Shown piece after piece: positions 19,229-30,022 of a DNA stretch of 64,000 bases. The translations under genes and the position numbers were made by a program. Numbering within the stretch: position 1 is the stretch's first letter; every line of letters begins with the position of its first letter. Source of the DNA: Candidatus Omnitrophota bacterium (GTDB lineage Bacteria > Omnitrophota > Gorgyraeia > Gygaellales > Profunditerraquicolaceae); assembly GCA_963805065.1 (NCBI GenBank), contig CAWDSS010000010.1:339696-403695 (forward strand), in the 5' to 3' direction. The notes under the pieces are model-generated. The model was given only the letters and a program-made list of their open reading frames with translations, had not been told where the DNA came from and ran no database searches.

Positions 19229-20608
19229 TTACTGGGAAGTCAAATCATTTCCCAGATTAGGGTAGATTAAAGAAAGATACTGGCTGCCTTCTTTGAATGG
19301 GTTAAACGACCGCTCTATCTTAACTTTGCCTTTGGCCATTTTTAAATCAATCGTTTCTTTCTTGTCAAAAGGCGCGATTACTTCTATTTTGGGAGACAAT
19401 ATATCGTCCTCGTTTTCCTGAATGACTGTAGCTATCCTTGCGTCGCTTAAAAGCACGATTGTCCCTACCGGCCAGATGCCCATTATTGTAAAAAATTTAT
19501 CTAATAGAACAGCATCAAACGCTTCACCCTTCTCCTTTATCATCAAATTATAAATCATTTCCGGAGGATAGTCTGCCTTATAACCCCTCCTTTGCGAAAG
19601 CGCATCATACACGTCGCATATAGAAACAATGAGAGAAGCTATGTGCGGCCTTTCATAAAAAGAGACTTTAGGGTATCCTTTTAAATCACACCTTAAATGA
19701 TGTTCAAAACAGACAATCACCGGAAGCATGCCTAAACTTTCCACATAGTTAAGCATCATCTCAGCTCCCACCAGAGCATGGCTTTTTATTTTGGAGAATT
19801 CTTCATCGCTAAGTTTATCGGGTTTGCCTAAAATCTTTCTTGAAATATAGAGCTTCCCGACATCATGGAACATACCTGCCAGCCCAATATCTAAAACCTG
19901 GTCCCTGGAAAATCCTAACTTTGAGGAAAAATACATTGAAAGCATAGACACATTTAGGGTATGGTAAAATGTTTTTAAATCGTACCTCTTTATTGTAGCC
20001 AGGGTCAGCAAATCGTGGTATCGCCCTAATAGATTATCCATGATACTGCTTAAGGCATGCCTTAACACCAAATGGTCTATCTCCTTGGCTGTTAAAATCC
20101 CTTCGAAATTATCAGTCACCTTTTCAGTAGCATCCTGGTATATATCCCAATCGCTGGGAATCTTTGTTTGTTCTGCAGTGCCTTTCGATTGCGGCTGCGA
20201 AAATTTGACTTTTCCTACAGCAATATTTTTTATGCCAAGGGTCTCGAGGTATTCCTGCGGTTCATGTTTAATTTGTTCTTTTGGTATTACTAAAAGTGAA
20301 ATAAACTTGCTTAAGTCTTCTTTTGTTAGCCCGCAAGAGAACTCTATTCTTTCTACGCCTCTGTCTTTCAGATACAAAATCATATGTTTCAAAGATTTAC
20401 TCAAGTCAAAAAATATTTCCTTTTCAAACGCAAGTTCTTCACCCACAATCCCTATAACCAAATCCCTCCTCTGGCTTAATACATCCTGCAGGCTTAAATA
20501 AGACCTGTCTATGCCTTTCTGAAATTGCGGGTGCCAGTCAGGATAAAGCCTGGCAATCTGTATCGCAGAAATTAAATCTTTAAAAGCCAGTTCAATAATT
20601 TCTAACAT
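19229..20608 (-). CDS. HD-GYP domain protein (putative c-di-GMP phosphodiesterase) with an uncharacterised N-terminal region
   Basis: 459 aa with HDVGK and HHLRCDLKGYP motifs. Confidence 0.8.
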   Translation of the reverse strand: MLEIIELAFKDLISAIQIARLYPDWHPQFQKGIDRSYLSLQDVLSQRRDLVIGIVGEELAFEKEIFFDLSKSLKHMILYLKDRGVERIEFSCGLTKEDLSKFISLLVIPKEQIKHEPQEYLETLGIKNIAVGKVKFSQPQSKGTAEQTKIPSDWDIYQDATEKVTDNFEGILTAKEIDHLVLRHALSSIMDNLLGRYHDLLTLATIKRYDLKTFYHTLNVSMLSMYFSSKLGFSRDQVLDIGLAGMFHDVGKLYISRKILGKPDKLSDEEFSKIKSHALVGAEMMLNYVESLGMLPVIVCFEHHLRCDLKGYPKVSFYERPHIASLIVSICDVYDALSQRRGYKADYPPEMIYNLMIKEKGEAFDAVLLDKFFTIMGIWPVGTIVLLSDARIATVIQENEDDILSPKIEVIAPFDKKETIDLKMAKGKVKIERSFNPFKEGSQYLSLIYPNLGNDLTSQ

Positions 20609-22523
20609 CCCAACTCCTCAATATCTCCAGGGCTTTTTGCCTTACATGTTTATTCCAAAAGAACCGCTTCTTGCTTAATACTGTAAGATAAGCCTCGGCA
20701 CCTTCAACCCTTTTCTCTTCTACGGCCATCAAATTCTCCATGATTATCTGATTATTTCTTCCAAAAGGGCTGCTTACGGAAAATAACTTTTCCAAAGCAG
20801 CTTTACGCAAATTAGTGTCTTTTGCTAAAATAGCCAGTGCTTCTCTTTTTGTAAAAATATCCCCCTTGTCCAGGATAGATATCAAAAAGCCCTCATCTAT
20901 GGCAGCTAAATTCTGCATTGACTTTAAAACTTCTATTTTTATAACATTGCCGGAGCATAGAAAAACCTGCTTTAATAACTCCAGGCTTAAAGAAGATCTC
21001 GAGCTTTCGATTGCTTTTACGACGTTGACGAGAAATCCTATATCAGTGTGCTTGTCCTTCAAATTCTCATAGAACCTGCTTAAATCTGCCGGGAATAATT
21101 TTAGAAACAGGATTAATACGCGCGGATTGATTTTGCCTTCGTTGAAAATCTTCTGGAAATAAAAATCCGCCCCCAGGGTACTTGTTTCTAATTTATTGAT
21201 GAAATATTCCATGCCCAAAGCGGGCTCATCCTCAAAACACTCACTTTCAACGAATACATAAATTCGCTTTCTAAATTCAGGCAAATCGCTTATATGGGGC
21301 ATCTGGCTGGTTTTTCTTTCCAGCACCTCCCATAAATATTGCAGGTATGCTACCTTTTTTTGAAAAATCAACCTGTCACATTCGCCAAGCAGCCGCTTTG
21401 AAATCAAACCCAACTTTTCTTTCTCGTCTTCCGCGTCAAACATGTTGAGTAAAACAAAAAAATAATTTACCGGCAGAAGTTCCTTGGCAAAAGAGACGCT
21501 CCCCTCTGGCGACAGGTCTTTAAGCGGAGCGTAAACTTCGTGGCGGTAGAACTCTAAAACCGATGATTTATCTGTGCCGGAAAACAATTCTTTGATTTTT
21601 TTTCTTACAGCAAGGTTATCTTTTACAGACGTAGTATTTTTTATCTTTTCCCCCAGGTTAGAGGCGATTATCTTATGGGTATCTTCGCTTACGAGGCTTG
21701 AGAATAACTGAAAACTGGAATAATTAAACGCGTCATTATTAGAAATCTGGTCCCATAAAGCTTCGGCAAGGCTGTTTTTGTCCACATCCTTGAAAAAGAT
21801 TTGCATTTTATCTAAGCCAATATTGTTTGCAGGAACTTTATCTTTCAGGATATGCTTTAACAGTTCTTTGGAACAGGAGTTGAACTTGTTTTTCTCCTTG
21901 GCTTTGAGGTATACTAAGAAATCCTGCAGGCTTTGCCTCAATTCATCATCTTCCCATAAATCCTTAGGCTTAAATTTTGAAATCACGCTTGTGAAATTGT
22001 CTGCCACTTCGTTAATCTGGGCAGGATTTTGTTTTCTTACGCTCTCTTTGAATATATACACCCAAACATCATTAGCTTCTTCCCCTGCATCCTGCAAAAA
22101 CAGGGAGTAATCCAGTTCCTCAACTAAAATGTGCCCGGTATCCTGCCTGCCTAAGATGTTCATCATGCCGCCGCCGCGGAGGATTTCCTTCACAGGTAAC
22201 GCCACAGAACTTAAGAAATCAATCAGCTCATCAATGCTAAACCCAGGTCTTATTTCAATGCTTTTGATTTTTCGCCTATGAAACATCGCTGCCAAGTCCG
22301 TATAAAGCATGGATTTCTCCAGCTTCTTACCGTCTACAAATAATGAGTCAGTTGAGATGTTTATTTTGATAGGATTTAAATACGAGAGTAATGCATCGGT
22401 CTTTTGCTTAAAGACTTCAACTGATTTTCTAAAATACGGATGGTCTTTGGAATAAGCCGAGGCATTGTTTAAAACAATGCGCAGGCCCTTAAGGAATTCG
22501 TTTAATATTTCTTCTCTATTCAT
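20592..22523 (-). CDS. Hypothetical 643-aa alpha-helical protein with HEAT-like C-terminal repeats; co-operonic with the HD-GYP gene
   Basis: Long intact ORF with a 17-nt overlap onto the downstream gene. No motif was recognised. Confidence 0.6.
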   Translation of the reverse strand: MNREEILNEFLKGLRIVLNNASAYSKDHPYFRKSVEVFKQKTDALLSYLNPIKINISTDSLFVDGKKLEKSMLYTDLAAMFHRRKIKSIEIRPGFSIDELIDFLSSVALPVKEILRGGGMMNILGRQDTGHILVEELDYSLFLQDAGEEANDVWVYIFKESVRKQNPAQINEVADNFTSVISKFKPKDLWEDDELRQSLQDFLVYLKAKEKNKFNSCSKELLKHILKDKVPANNIGLDKMQIFFKDVDKNSLAEALWDQISNNDAFNYSSFQLFSSLVSEDTHKIIASNLGEKIKNTTSVKDNLAVRKKIKELFSGTDKSSVLEFYRHEVYAPLKDLSPEGSVSFAKELLPVNYFFVLLNMFDAEDEKEKLGLISKRLLGECDRLIFQKKVAYLQYLWEVLERKTSQMPHISDLPEFRKRIYVFVESECFEDEPALGMEYFINKLETSTLGADFYFQKIFNEGKINPRVLILFLKLFPADLSRFYENLKDKHTDIGFLVNVVKAIESSRSSLSLELLKQVFLCSGNVIKIEVLKSMQNLAAIDEGFLISILDKGDIFTKREALAILAKDTNLRKAALEKLFSVSSPFGRNNQIIMENLMAVEEKRVEGAEAYLTVLSKKRFFWNKHVRQKALEILRSWDVRNY

Positions 22524-22674
22524 GGATTATTTGGCGGGTTAATTTGTTCTATGCCCCGCGGCCTAGAACCGTGTCCTTCAGGACGTGGATAATAAGTTTT
22601 GCCGCTTGGGCATTCCGCCCAAAGCTTACCCTCCGACAGGAGGAAAACCTCGGCTAAAGCACTAGGTGGGCTTC

Positions 22675-22703
22675 ATTTTAACGCAAAACCTGCGCTTGTT
22701 CAA
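22675..22703 (-). promoter_or_regulatory. Sigma70-type promoter of the HEAT/HD-GYP operon
   Basis: The minus sense reads TTGAAC-N17-TAAAAT, which leaves a leader of roughly 145-165 nt before ATG 22523. Confidence 0.55.
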
Positions 22704-22705
22704 TA

Positions 22706-22743
22706 ACAAAAATGCCCCGCGCTTGCGGGGCACTCTTTTTTTG
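22706..22743. terminator. Bidirectional rho-independent terminator
   Basis: GCCCCGC-GCTT-GCGGGGC is flanked by an A-run and a T-run. Confidence 0.8.
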
Positions 22744-22801
22744 TCTATACAGGCATGCTTAGTTGCATGCGCTGATAGCTGATTAAATAGTTGTTCTAAT
22801 T

Positions 22802-23239
22802 TTAATTAAAAAGGACTTTTGTATCAAGAAATACTTTATCGCCTAAATTTAACTTATGCCTGTTTACAAATCCGGAATTTACTTCTAAAACGTATTTAAC
22901 CGCTTGTTTGGGAATTATATCGTCGCAAGACTTTCTACAAGGCAATACGTTCGTAGATATATCTACAATCTTTAAATCCTTAGAAATCCAAATAATGTCT
23001 AAAGGGATAAGCATGTTCTTCATCCAGAAAGCGTACTTATCTTCTTCCTTGAAAACAAAGAGCATGCCGTCATCCTCTTTAAGCGATTCACGGTACATCA
23101 GGCCCATTTGCCTTTTATAATCATCGTCAGCTATCTCGGCAACAACACAGGTGCCCTTGATACAAACTTTTGTAGTTAACTTCTCGGCATAAGCAAAAGA
23201 AAACACTGACAACAAAAGGATAAAAATCAGGGTACGCAT
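22802..23239 (-). CDS. DUF192 (COG1430) secreted protein
   Basis: Signal peptide plus the GMLFVF..FWMKNMLIPLDIIW block. Confidence 0.7.
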   Translation of the reverse strand: MRTLIFILLLSVFSFAYAEKLTTKVCIKGTCVVAEIADDDYKRQMGLMYRESLKEDDGMLFVFKEEDKYAFWMKNMLIPLDIIWISKDLKIVDISTNVLPCRKSCDDIIPKQAVKYVLEVNSGFVNRHKLNLGDKVFLDTKVLFN

Positions 23240-23244
23240 TATAT

Positions 23245-25528
23245 TTAGAAGCCTGCGGATGTCTTTGGTTTTCTAAAACTTAATGACCCATGCTTAGAAT
23301 AAAGTATTGCACCGAATATCAAAAGCGTACAGATAACTATTGCAATTATTACGCCCGGATTAGTCGGGCTATAGTGTATAAGTATGGGTGCTGCCAAAAG
23401 CGACACAAGATTAATCACTTTAATCATCGGGTTTAATGCCGGGCCGGATGTATCCTTTAAGGGATCTCCTACTGTATCGCCCACAACCGACGCCTTGTGC
23501 GCTTCTGAGCCTTTGCCTCCGTAGAGCCCGTCTTCAATTGTTTTCTTGGCATTATCCCATGCCCCGCCTGAAGTTACCATAAACACTGCCAAAAGCTGGC
23601 CCGAAAGAATTACCCCGGCAAGAAAACCGCCTAATGCCTCAACCCTCAAAAGCATCCCGATAAGAATGGGGCTTAATACGGCAATTAATGCCAGCCCAAC
23701 CAGTTCTTTCTGCGCGGATACAGTACAAATATCCACCGCCTTTTTATAATCAGGGGCGACTTTACCTTCCATTACCCCGGGTAAATGGAATTGCCTACGC
23801 ACTTCATCTACGATCAACGCGGCAGCCCTGGCAACAGAATTAATAGTAAGAGACGAGAATAAGCAGGGAACTGCGCCGCCCAAGAGCAAGCCGATAAAAA
23901 CCAGCGGCTCAGAAATACGTATGCCGGTAACCATCATGCGCAGGTTTTCAGCAATACCCATCTGTGCCTGGACTTTTGTTACGTCAGTAAGGAATGAACC
24001 AAATAAAGACACCGCAGCAATTACAGCTGAGCCTATTGCCACACCCTTGGTGATTGCCTTTGTGGTATTTCCTACAGCATCCAGGTCTGCCATAATCTGG
24101 CGTGCCTGCGGCTCAAGCTTTGCCATTTCTCCTATGCCGTTGGCATTATCGGAAATCGGCCCGAAAGAATCCATGGCTACATTATTTCCGGTTAAAGTTA
24201 AGCATACCTATGCCGGTCATTGCCACGCCGTATAAAACAAATACCACCGGCTGACCCCAATAAATTATCACTGCTGCCAGTATTGTTAAAGCTATGACTA
24301 CGAATTGCCAGGCGGATGATTCAAACCCTACCGATAAGCCGCGCAAGATTAACGTAGCTGCTCCGGTTTGAGAAGAAGCTGCGATTTCTTTCACAGGATT
24401 GTGATGCGTATGGGTAAAATATTTGGTTATCTCATCAATAGCAATAGCCAAAAATATACCTACAGCCACGGAAAAAAATGCCCGCCACTCATGCATATAA
24501 TAATGCGCCAGGAAGAAAAACGCGACTAATAGAAATCGCGGCAGAGGCAAAAAATCCTCAATTAATGCTTTTAAATGCATCCTGCTTCCTTGCCTTTCAT
24601 CTCCCTTTACCAGATACGTTCCGATAATCGAAGAAAGCACTCCTATGCCGCGTACAAGCAGAGGAAAAATAATCCATTTTAATTGGTGGGTAATAGAAAC
24701 CAATGCCAACCCGAGGATTAATCCTGAAACAATAGTGACTTCGTAGGATTCAAATATATCGGCGGCCATACCGGCACAATCGCCGACATTATCGCCCACC
24801 AGGTCTGCGATGACAGCCGCGTTCCTGGGGTCATCTTCAGGAATATTTTTTTCTACTTTTCCTACCAGATCAGCTCCTACATCAGCTGCTTTTGTATATA
24901 TGCCGCCGCCCACACGCATGAATAAAGCCAGCAGTGTCCCTCCGAAACCAAAACCTAAAAGCACATCGGGAGAAGCAATGCCGAAAATTATAAATATCGT
25001 GGTCCCTCCCAAAAGGCCCAAGCCATCGGTAAGCATGCCGGTAATTGTGCCTGTCCTGTAAGCGATCTTTAAAGCCTCGGAAAAACTCCTGCGCGAAGCG
25101 CTGGCTACGCGCACATTACCTTCAACCGCCATGCGCATGCCGAACTGCCCGACCATCAAAGAAAAAAGCGAACCCATGATAAATGCCGCGGCACGGCCTA
25201 TTCCTACTATCAGCCTGACCATATCAGGGCTAAACCTGCTAAATCTCTGAAGAGCTTCATCAGTAGGAGGAATTACGTAAACCGAGAAAAAAAGCACTCC
25301 CGTAAGGACAAGAATTAAAGGAAGTATTGTCTTTAACTGCCGGCCAAGATACGCATCAGCACCTGAACGTATGGCATTCCATACCTCCTGCATGCGCGGT
25401 GTGCCTTTATCTTTCTTTAAAATCTGAGAACGCAAAAGCAATGCGTAACCTAATCCCAAAAAAGCAATGATTAAAACAGACCAAATTGCAAACACCTCAA
25501 ACACACTCGCGTTGGTTAAACCTGGCAT
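23245..25528 (-). pseudogene. hppA: Membrane-bound ion-translocating pyrophosphatase, with one frameshift
   Basis: The pieces are 25528-24182 and 24174-23245. The junction GMLTLTGNNVAMDSFGPISDNA is restored by removing one A at about 24198-24201. Confidence 0.9.
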
Positions 25529-25546
25529 GTAACTATTCTCCTTTCT

Positions 25547-25951
25547 CTACTCGTTTGTTGCTGCTATGTTAAGTTTTTTTATGCCGAATTCCGTTAATAT
25601 ATCCAGCACTCCTACAATATCCTTAAACCTGACTAGCCTATCGGAACGTAAAATTACATTTAAATCAGGATTACGCCTTTGCAAATCATAAACGATTCCT
25701 TTTAGTTCTTTTCTTGTCACCAACTTATTAACAAAATATATCGAACCTTCATTGGTAATGGTAATTTCAATTTGATTTGGCGTCTTTGTCGGTTGAGCAG
25801 TGGCTGCTTCCGGCAGGTTAACTTTAATACTGGACTGTAATATTAAAGGTGTAGTAATCATGAAGATTACCAGTAACACAAGGATTACGTCTGTAAAAGG
25901 CGTTATATTTATTTCTGCAATTAATCTTTGTTTCCTGGATTTTGCATTCAT
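25547..25951 (-). CDS. ExbD/TolR-family protein
   Basis: 134 aa with single N-terminal TM; INITPFTDVILVLLVIFM is typical of the family. Confidence 0.8.
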   Translation of the reverse strand: MNAKSRKQRLIAEINITPFTDVILVLLVIFMITTPLILQSSIKVNLPEAATAQPTKTPNQIEITITNEGSIYFVNKLVTRKELKGIVYDLQRRNPDLNVILRSDRLVRFKDIVGVLDILTEFGIKKLNIAATNE

Positions 25952-26565
25952 TTTTGTTTAATAGTGAGTAAATCCATTATTTCTGAAGCGCTTAGTTCCA
26001 TATCCGTAACAAAACTATCTATTTTTTTGATAAAGTAGTTGTAGGCAATGACTGCGGGAACTGCTACGCATAACCCTGCTGCAGTACAAATTAAAGCTTC
26101 TGATATGCCGTTAATAACTACGCTTATCCCGCCGGAACCGGTTTTGGCAATATCATGGAAAGCCCTGATAATGCCTAAGACTGTTCCAAAAAGCCCGACA
26201 TAAACCGCGGTGCTGCCAATTGTCCCGACGATGCTAGTATGGCGCTCTAATTTGGTGGTTTCCACAGTTACTTCTCTTTCCATGGCATTTGATATTACTA
26301 CTTCATTATGGCCGAATAAAATAAGGCCTGCGTTTACCACGCTGGAAAAGGGAGTGTCTATGCCTTTACATATTTCCAGGGCTTTCTTAACATTGTTTTT
26401 CTCCAATTCCCTGCTTACCTGCATCATGAATGCCTGCCTCTTTACCTTTGACCTTCTACGAAAATATATGAATCTTTCTATAATAATAGCCAGGGACAAT
26501 ACGGAAAATGCCAAAAGGATATACATGGTAAAACCGCCGATTCTCACTAATTGCCATAGAGTCAT
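25948..26565 (-). CDS. ExbB/TolQ/MotA-family proton channel
   Basis: 205 aa with three TM helices; overlaps the exbD-like gene. Confidence 0.8.
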   Translation of the reverse strand: MTLWQLVRIGGFTMYILLAFSVLSLAIIIERFIYFRRRSKVKRQAFMMQVSRELEKNNVKKALEICKGIDTPFSSVVNAGLILFGHNEVVISNAMEREVTVETTKLERHTSIVGTIGSTAVYVGLFGTVLGIIRAFHDIAKTGSGGISVVINGISEALICTAAGLCVAVPAVIAYNYFIKKIDSFVTDMELSASEIMDLLTIKQK

Positions 26566-27065
26566 TTCAGTGCCTCCTTTAAAATTATTTTCAATGTATC
26601 TAAAAATTGCCTTACTGACTTTGCTACTTTGCTTGAAGGTGCCTGCCCGAATTCAAGCGTCTTTGGCTGAATGCCAACAACCACAACTTTACAATTAATA
26701 TCCTTAGCCAGATAATCTGCCAGAATTTTATTCGGCAGCCGATGCGTGCAAAATGTAACTTGCCGTTCCTTATTCAAATCCAGCAAATCCACCGTTCCTG
26801 CCGGCTTACCCATGTCAGCAGAATCAACTATCAGAACATGCGTTGGCCTGAATCTCTTTATTTCTCCGGTAAGGTTCTCCGGAGCAGTTGCGCCGATAAA
26901 AACTTTTAGCTTGGGCTTAGTGATATCCCGGCAACTCTTAATAAGCGCCTCTGCCACTAAAATCCCGGCTGCGTCATCTGCCCTTAATTCAGAGCCGATG
27001 CCCAAAATAGCGATTTTTTTTGCGCCTTTAAGTTTGTTGTTTAGGGCTGTCTTTAGGTTCTTCAC
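26562..27065 (-). CDS. [NiFe]-hydrogenase maturation endopeptidase (HycI/HyaD family)
   Basis: ILGIGSELRADDAAG motif; sits at the 3' end of the hydrogenase operon. Confidence 0.8.
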   Translation of the reverse strand: MKNLKTALNNKLKGAKKIAILGIGSELRADDAAGILVAEALIKSCRDITKPKLKVFIGATAPENLTGEIKRFRPTHVLIVDSADMGKPAGTVDLLDLNKERQVTFCTHRLPNKILADYLAKDINCKVVVVGIQPKTLEFGQAPSSKVAKSVRQFLDTLKIILKEALK

Positions 27066-27411
27066 TTTTAAAGATTACTTTTAATTTCGTCTCATCAAGC
27101 GAAGCAAGCTCAACGTCTTTTGTTGACTCCAGTGCTTTCTTGGGGCAGGAATCTACGCATTGGGCGCAGTATATGCATTTAGCCAAATCTATCTCTGCTT
27201 CAAATGAATTCTCAGCCACCTTACGGATAGTTATCGCGTTAGTGGGGCAGTCCCTCATGCAGAGTTTACAACCGATGCATTTTTTGGGATCAAACTTTAA
27301 CTTCCCCCTGAATTTATCCGGCATATCAATCTTCTCTGCCGGATAAAGAATAGTCGCGGGTTTCTTGAATATGTGGCGTAAAATTTCCTGAATCATCTTG
27401 CCGGGCCTCAT
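27028..27411 (-). CDS. 2x[4Fe-4S] ferredoxin subunit (NuoI/HycF-like)
   Basis: Contains CIGCKLCMRDCP and CIYCAQCVDSCP. Confidence 0.85.
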   Translation of the reverse strand: MRPGKMIQEILRHIFKKPATILYPAEKIDMPDKFRGKLKFDPKKCIGCKLCMRDCPTNAITIRKVAENSFEAEIDLAKCIYCAQCVDSCPKKALESTKDVELASLDETKLKVIFKSEEPKDSPKQQT

Positions 27412-28347
27412 CTAAAGCACCAATCCCTTCAAAATGAGATTAACCAAAAGCTGTAGCAGCGCAATTGGCACTAAATACTTCCAGCAGAAATCAATCATCT
27501 GGTCTATGCGTAAACGTGCAAACAGCGTACGTAACAGCGTAACCAGCATTATTACGCACAGAACCTTAATTATGTAAAATATGAATCCGGGTATCGCTCC
27601 CAAATTCAATCCCAGCGGCAAAAATATTGCTGCTAATAATGAGGCGCAGACAACCAGCTCTATATCCAGGGTCAACCTAAGCATGGCCAATAATCTTCCG
27701 CTATACTCAGTAAATGCTCCGGCAACAATCTCTGTTTCTGCCTCAGGAATATCAAAAGGAACTTTTTCCAGTTTGCCCAATAACGCAATCAAGGATACGC
27801 CAAAACCAATCAGATTAAACAGCCAAAACCAGGGATGCAAGGCATAAAAAGAGGAAATTTTACTTAAAGACCAGGTATTGGCAAGTAATGCTGAGGATAA
27901 AATACTCATGAATAGAGGAACTTCATAAGCAAACAACTGTGTAACCGAACGCACAGAGCCAAGCTTGGCATACAAAGAAGTTGAATACCAGCCTCCGATA
28001 AAAAATGACAGCGTGGGAATAGTCAGTAAATAAAGCACCACGATTATATCCCCGTTGAACGGATACAAAGAACCTGTTTTCCAAAGCGGGATATATAGGA
28101 AAGCGGTAATGCTGGCAGTAAGCGCAAATGCCGGTGCGAGCTTAAACATCCTGGGGTTTGCATCATCAGGGATAATGTCTTCCTTTGCTGCCAGTTTAAT
28201 AATATCTGCCCACGGCTGAAACCAGGGCGGGCCTACCCTGTTTTGGAGCCTGGCGTGTAATTTTCTGTCGATAAATTCAGCGATTAGCGCAAAGGTGCTG
28301 ACAAACAAAAATCCCGGAAATACTAAAATAGAAAATAATGCTGCCAT
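27412..28347 (-). CDS. NuoH/HycD-like membrane subunit
   Basis: 311 aa, polytopic, at the NuoH position in the operon. Confidence 0.8.
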   Translation of the reverse strand: MAALFSILVFPGFLFVSTFALIAEFIDRKLHARLQNRVGPPWFQPWADIIKLAAKEDIIPDDANPRMFKLAPAFALTASITAFLYIPLWKTGSLYPFNGDIIVVLYLLTIPTLSFFIGGWYSTSLYAKLGSVRSVTQLFAYEVPLFMSILSSALLANTWSLSKISSFYALHPWFWLFNLIGFGVSLIALLGKLEKVPFDIPEAETEIVAGAFTEYSGRLLAMLRLTLDIELVVCASLLAAIFLPLGLNLGAIPGFIFYIIKVLCVIMLVTLLRTLFARLRIDQMIDFCWKYLVPIALLQLLVNLILKGLVL

Positions 28348-28348
28348 G

Positions 28349-29578
28349 TTAAAACTTTAACCTGTCCTGAAACTTTTTATTTAAATTCGTAAAGTCTATT
28401 CCGTGAATACTGTACCATTCAATACCGTAATTGCGTAATGCTTCCCAGGAAATTATTCTTCTGTCTTTGGCTGATTTAACCGATATCAACCTGTCAGTGC
28501 AGGAAAAACAAGGATCTATTGCTGCAATGACTATGGGCATATCTGCCAGGAATCTATTCTTTAACATATGTTTAACTGCCTGGATATTGGCTAATGTAGG
28601 TGCCCTTATTTTTACTCTTTCGGGTTTTTCGCTGCCGTTAGACTTAACAAAATGCACGTCTTCTCCTCTAGGCGCTTCATAGCGGCTAAAAGCCTCTCCG
28701 GCAGGAATTTTACGCGGCGCCCTGATAGTTATCGGGCCTTCGGGTAAATTTTTTAGCAATTGGCGCATTATTTTATAAGATTCCATCAATTCTTTAACCC
28801 TTACTATAGTGCGTCCGTACACATCATTGTGATTATCCGTAATAACATCAAAAGAGATTTCTGCGTATGCAGCATAAGGATCATCGCGCCTTACATCGCG
28901 GTTTACTCCCGAAGCGCGCGCAGTAGGGCCGACTGCATCCAGTTTTAACGCATCTTCATGCGATAAAACACCCACTCCTGATAATCTTTTAATAATGGTT
29001 GTTTCTTGTGTGGCGACTTCAATATAATATTTAGTCCTTTCTTCCAATATATCTATTCCCTTAAGCACTTCTTTACTTTGCTGCGGAGTGATATCGCGCC
29101 TTACCCCGCCGATAGTATTCATGCCGTAATTGACGCGGTTACCGGTAAGCATGGCCAAAAGATCCATGACTACTTCCCTGTCGCGCCAGGTATACATCAG
29201 AAGCGTATCAAAACCTATTTCATGGCCGGCAACACCCAGCCACAAAAGATGGCTGTGAATGCGTTCCAACTCCGCAATTAAAGTCCGAATATATAAAGCG
29301 CGCTTAGGAACTTCTAAACCGGCTATCTCCTCAACTGCCTGCACAAAACAAGTGGAATGAGAATGCGAACAAATGCCGCAGACCCGTTCAATCAGATACA
29401 CATCCTGAATATATGTCCTTTCTTCGCATGCCTTTTCAATGCCGCGGTGGTTATAACCCAGCCGGATATCCATGCCCATGATTTTCTCGCCCTTAAGAGC
29501 GACGCTAAAGCTCTCCGGTTCTTTTAAAGCCGGATGCTGCGGCCCGACGGGAATTTTAAATTTATTAGAGTTATGCAT
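28349..29578 (-). CDS. Group 4 [NiFe]-hydrogenase large subunit (NuoD-like)
   Basis: N-terminal RVCGICSHSH and C-terminal DPCFSCTDR Ni-Fe ligand motifs are both present. Confidence 0.9.
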   Translation of the reverse strand: MHNSNKFKIPVGPQHPALKEPESFSVALKGEKIMGMDIRLGYNHRGIEKACEERTYIQDVYLIERVCGICSHSHSTCFVQAVEEIAGLEVPKRALYIRTLIAELERIHSHLLWLGVAGHEIGFDTLLMYTWRDREVVMDLLAMLTGNRVNYGMNTIGGVRRDITPQQSKEVLKGIDILEERTKYYIEVATQETTIIKRLSGVGVLSHEDALKLDAVGPTARASGVNRDVRRDDPYAAYAEISFDVITDNHNDVYGRTIVRVKELMESYKIMRQLLKNLPEGPITIRAPRKIPAGEAFSRYEAPRGEDVHFVKSNGSEKPERVKIRAPTLANIQAVKHMLKNRFLADMPIVIAAIDPCFSCTDRLISVKSAKDRRIISWEALRNYGIEWYSIHGIDFTNLNKKFQDRLKF

Positions 29579-30019
29579 TTTGCCTCCAATCCTTACGTAA
29601 GGGGTATTGATCAGCCGGCCAGTCGTCTGTAAGAGGATAACGGTTACCAGACGTTAAACCTTCGACTTTAGCACCCAGCAAATCCACTAATTCCCTTTCG
29701 TAAATATCTGCCCCGGGAAAAATGGAGTTACGCTTCTTAACACAGGATTCACCTTGGGCACACTTGTTTTAATACTCAATACAATACCAGAATCACCAGC
29801 CAAATGATAAATGAAACTTAAATTCTCTCCTTCATCCAATCCGGTTATGGTGGTTAAATGGGCAAATTGCATCTGCCTTACCGCATATTCAAAAACTTCC
29901 CAGAAATTTACTAAATTAACTTCCAGGGATACCCGCCTTTGGCGCTGGATTCTGATTTTTCCTTCCAGATATGCGAATTTCTTGATTAATTCCTGGGTGA
30001 TGTTTTCTTCCTGCGCCAT
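29571..30019 (-). pseudogene. NuoC/HycE-N-like subunit, with one frameshift
   Basis: The track ORF ends at 29687. The canonical end ADIYERELVDLLG..PLRKDW reads in another frame down to TAA 29573-29571. One G appears to be missing from the run at about 29711-29714. Confidence 0.8.
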
Positions 30020-30022
30020 AAT

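Noticed and set aside
22524-22674. A c-di-GMP riboswitch (GEMM-I or GEMM-II) upstream of the HD-GYP operon.
   Set aside because: The characteristic GGCAAACC and ACGCAAAGC tetraloop-receptor segments of class I are absent, and I see no class II pseudoknot motif. The region is kept only as an unclassified leader.
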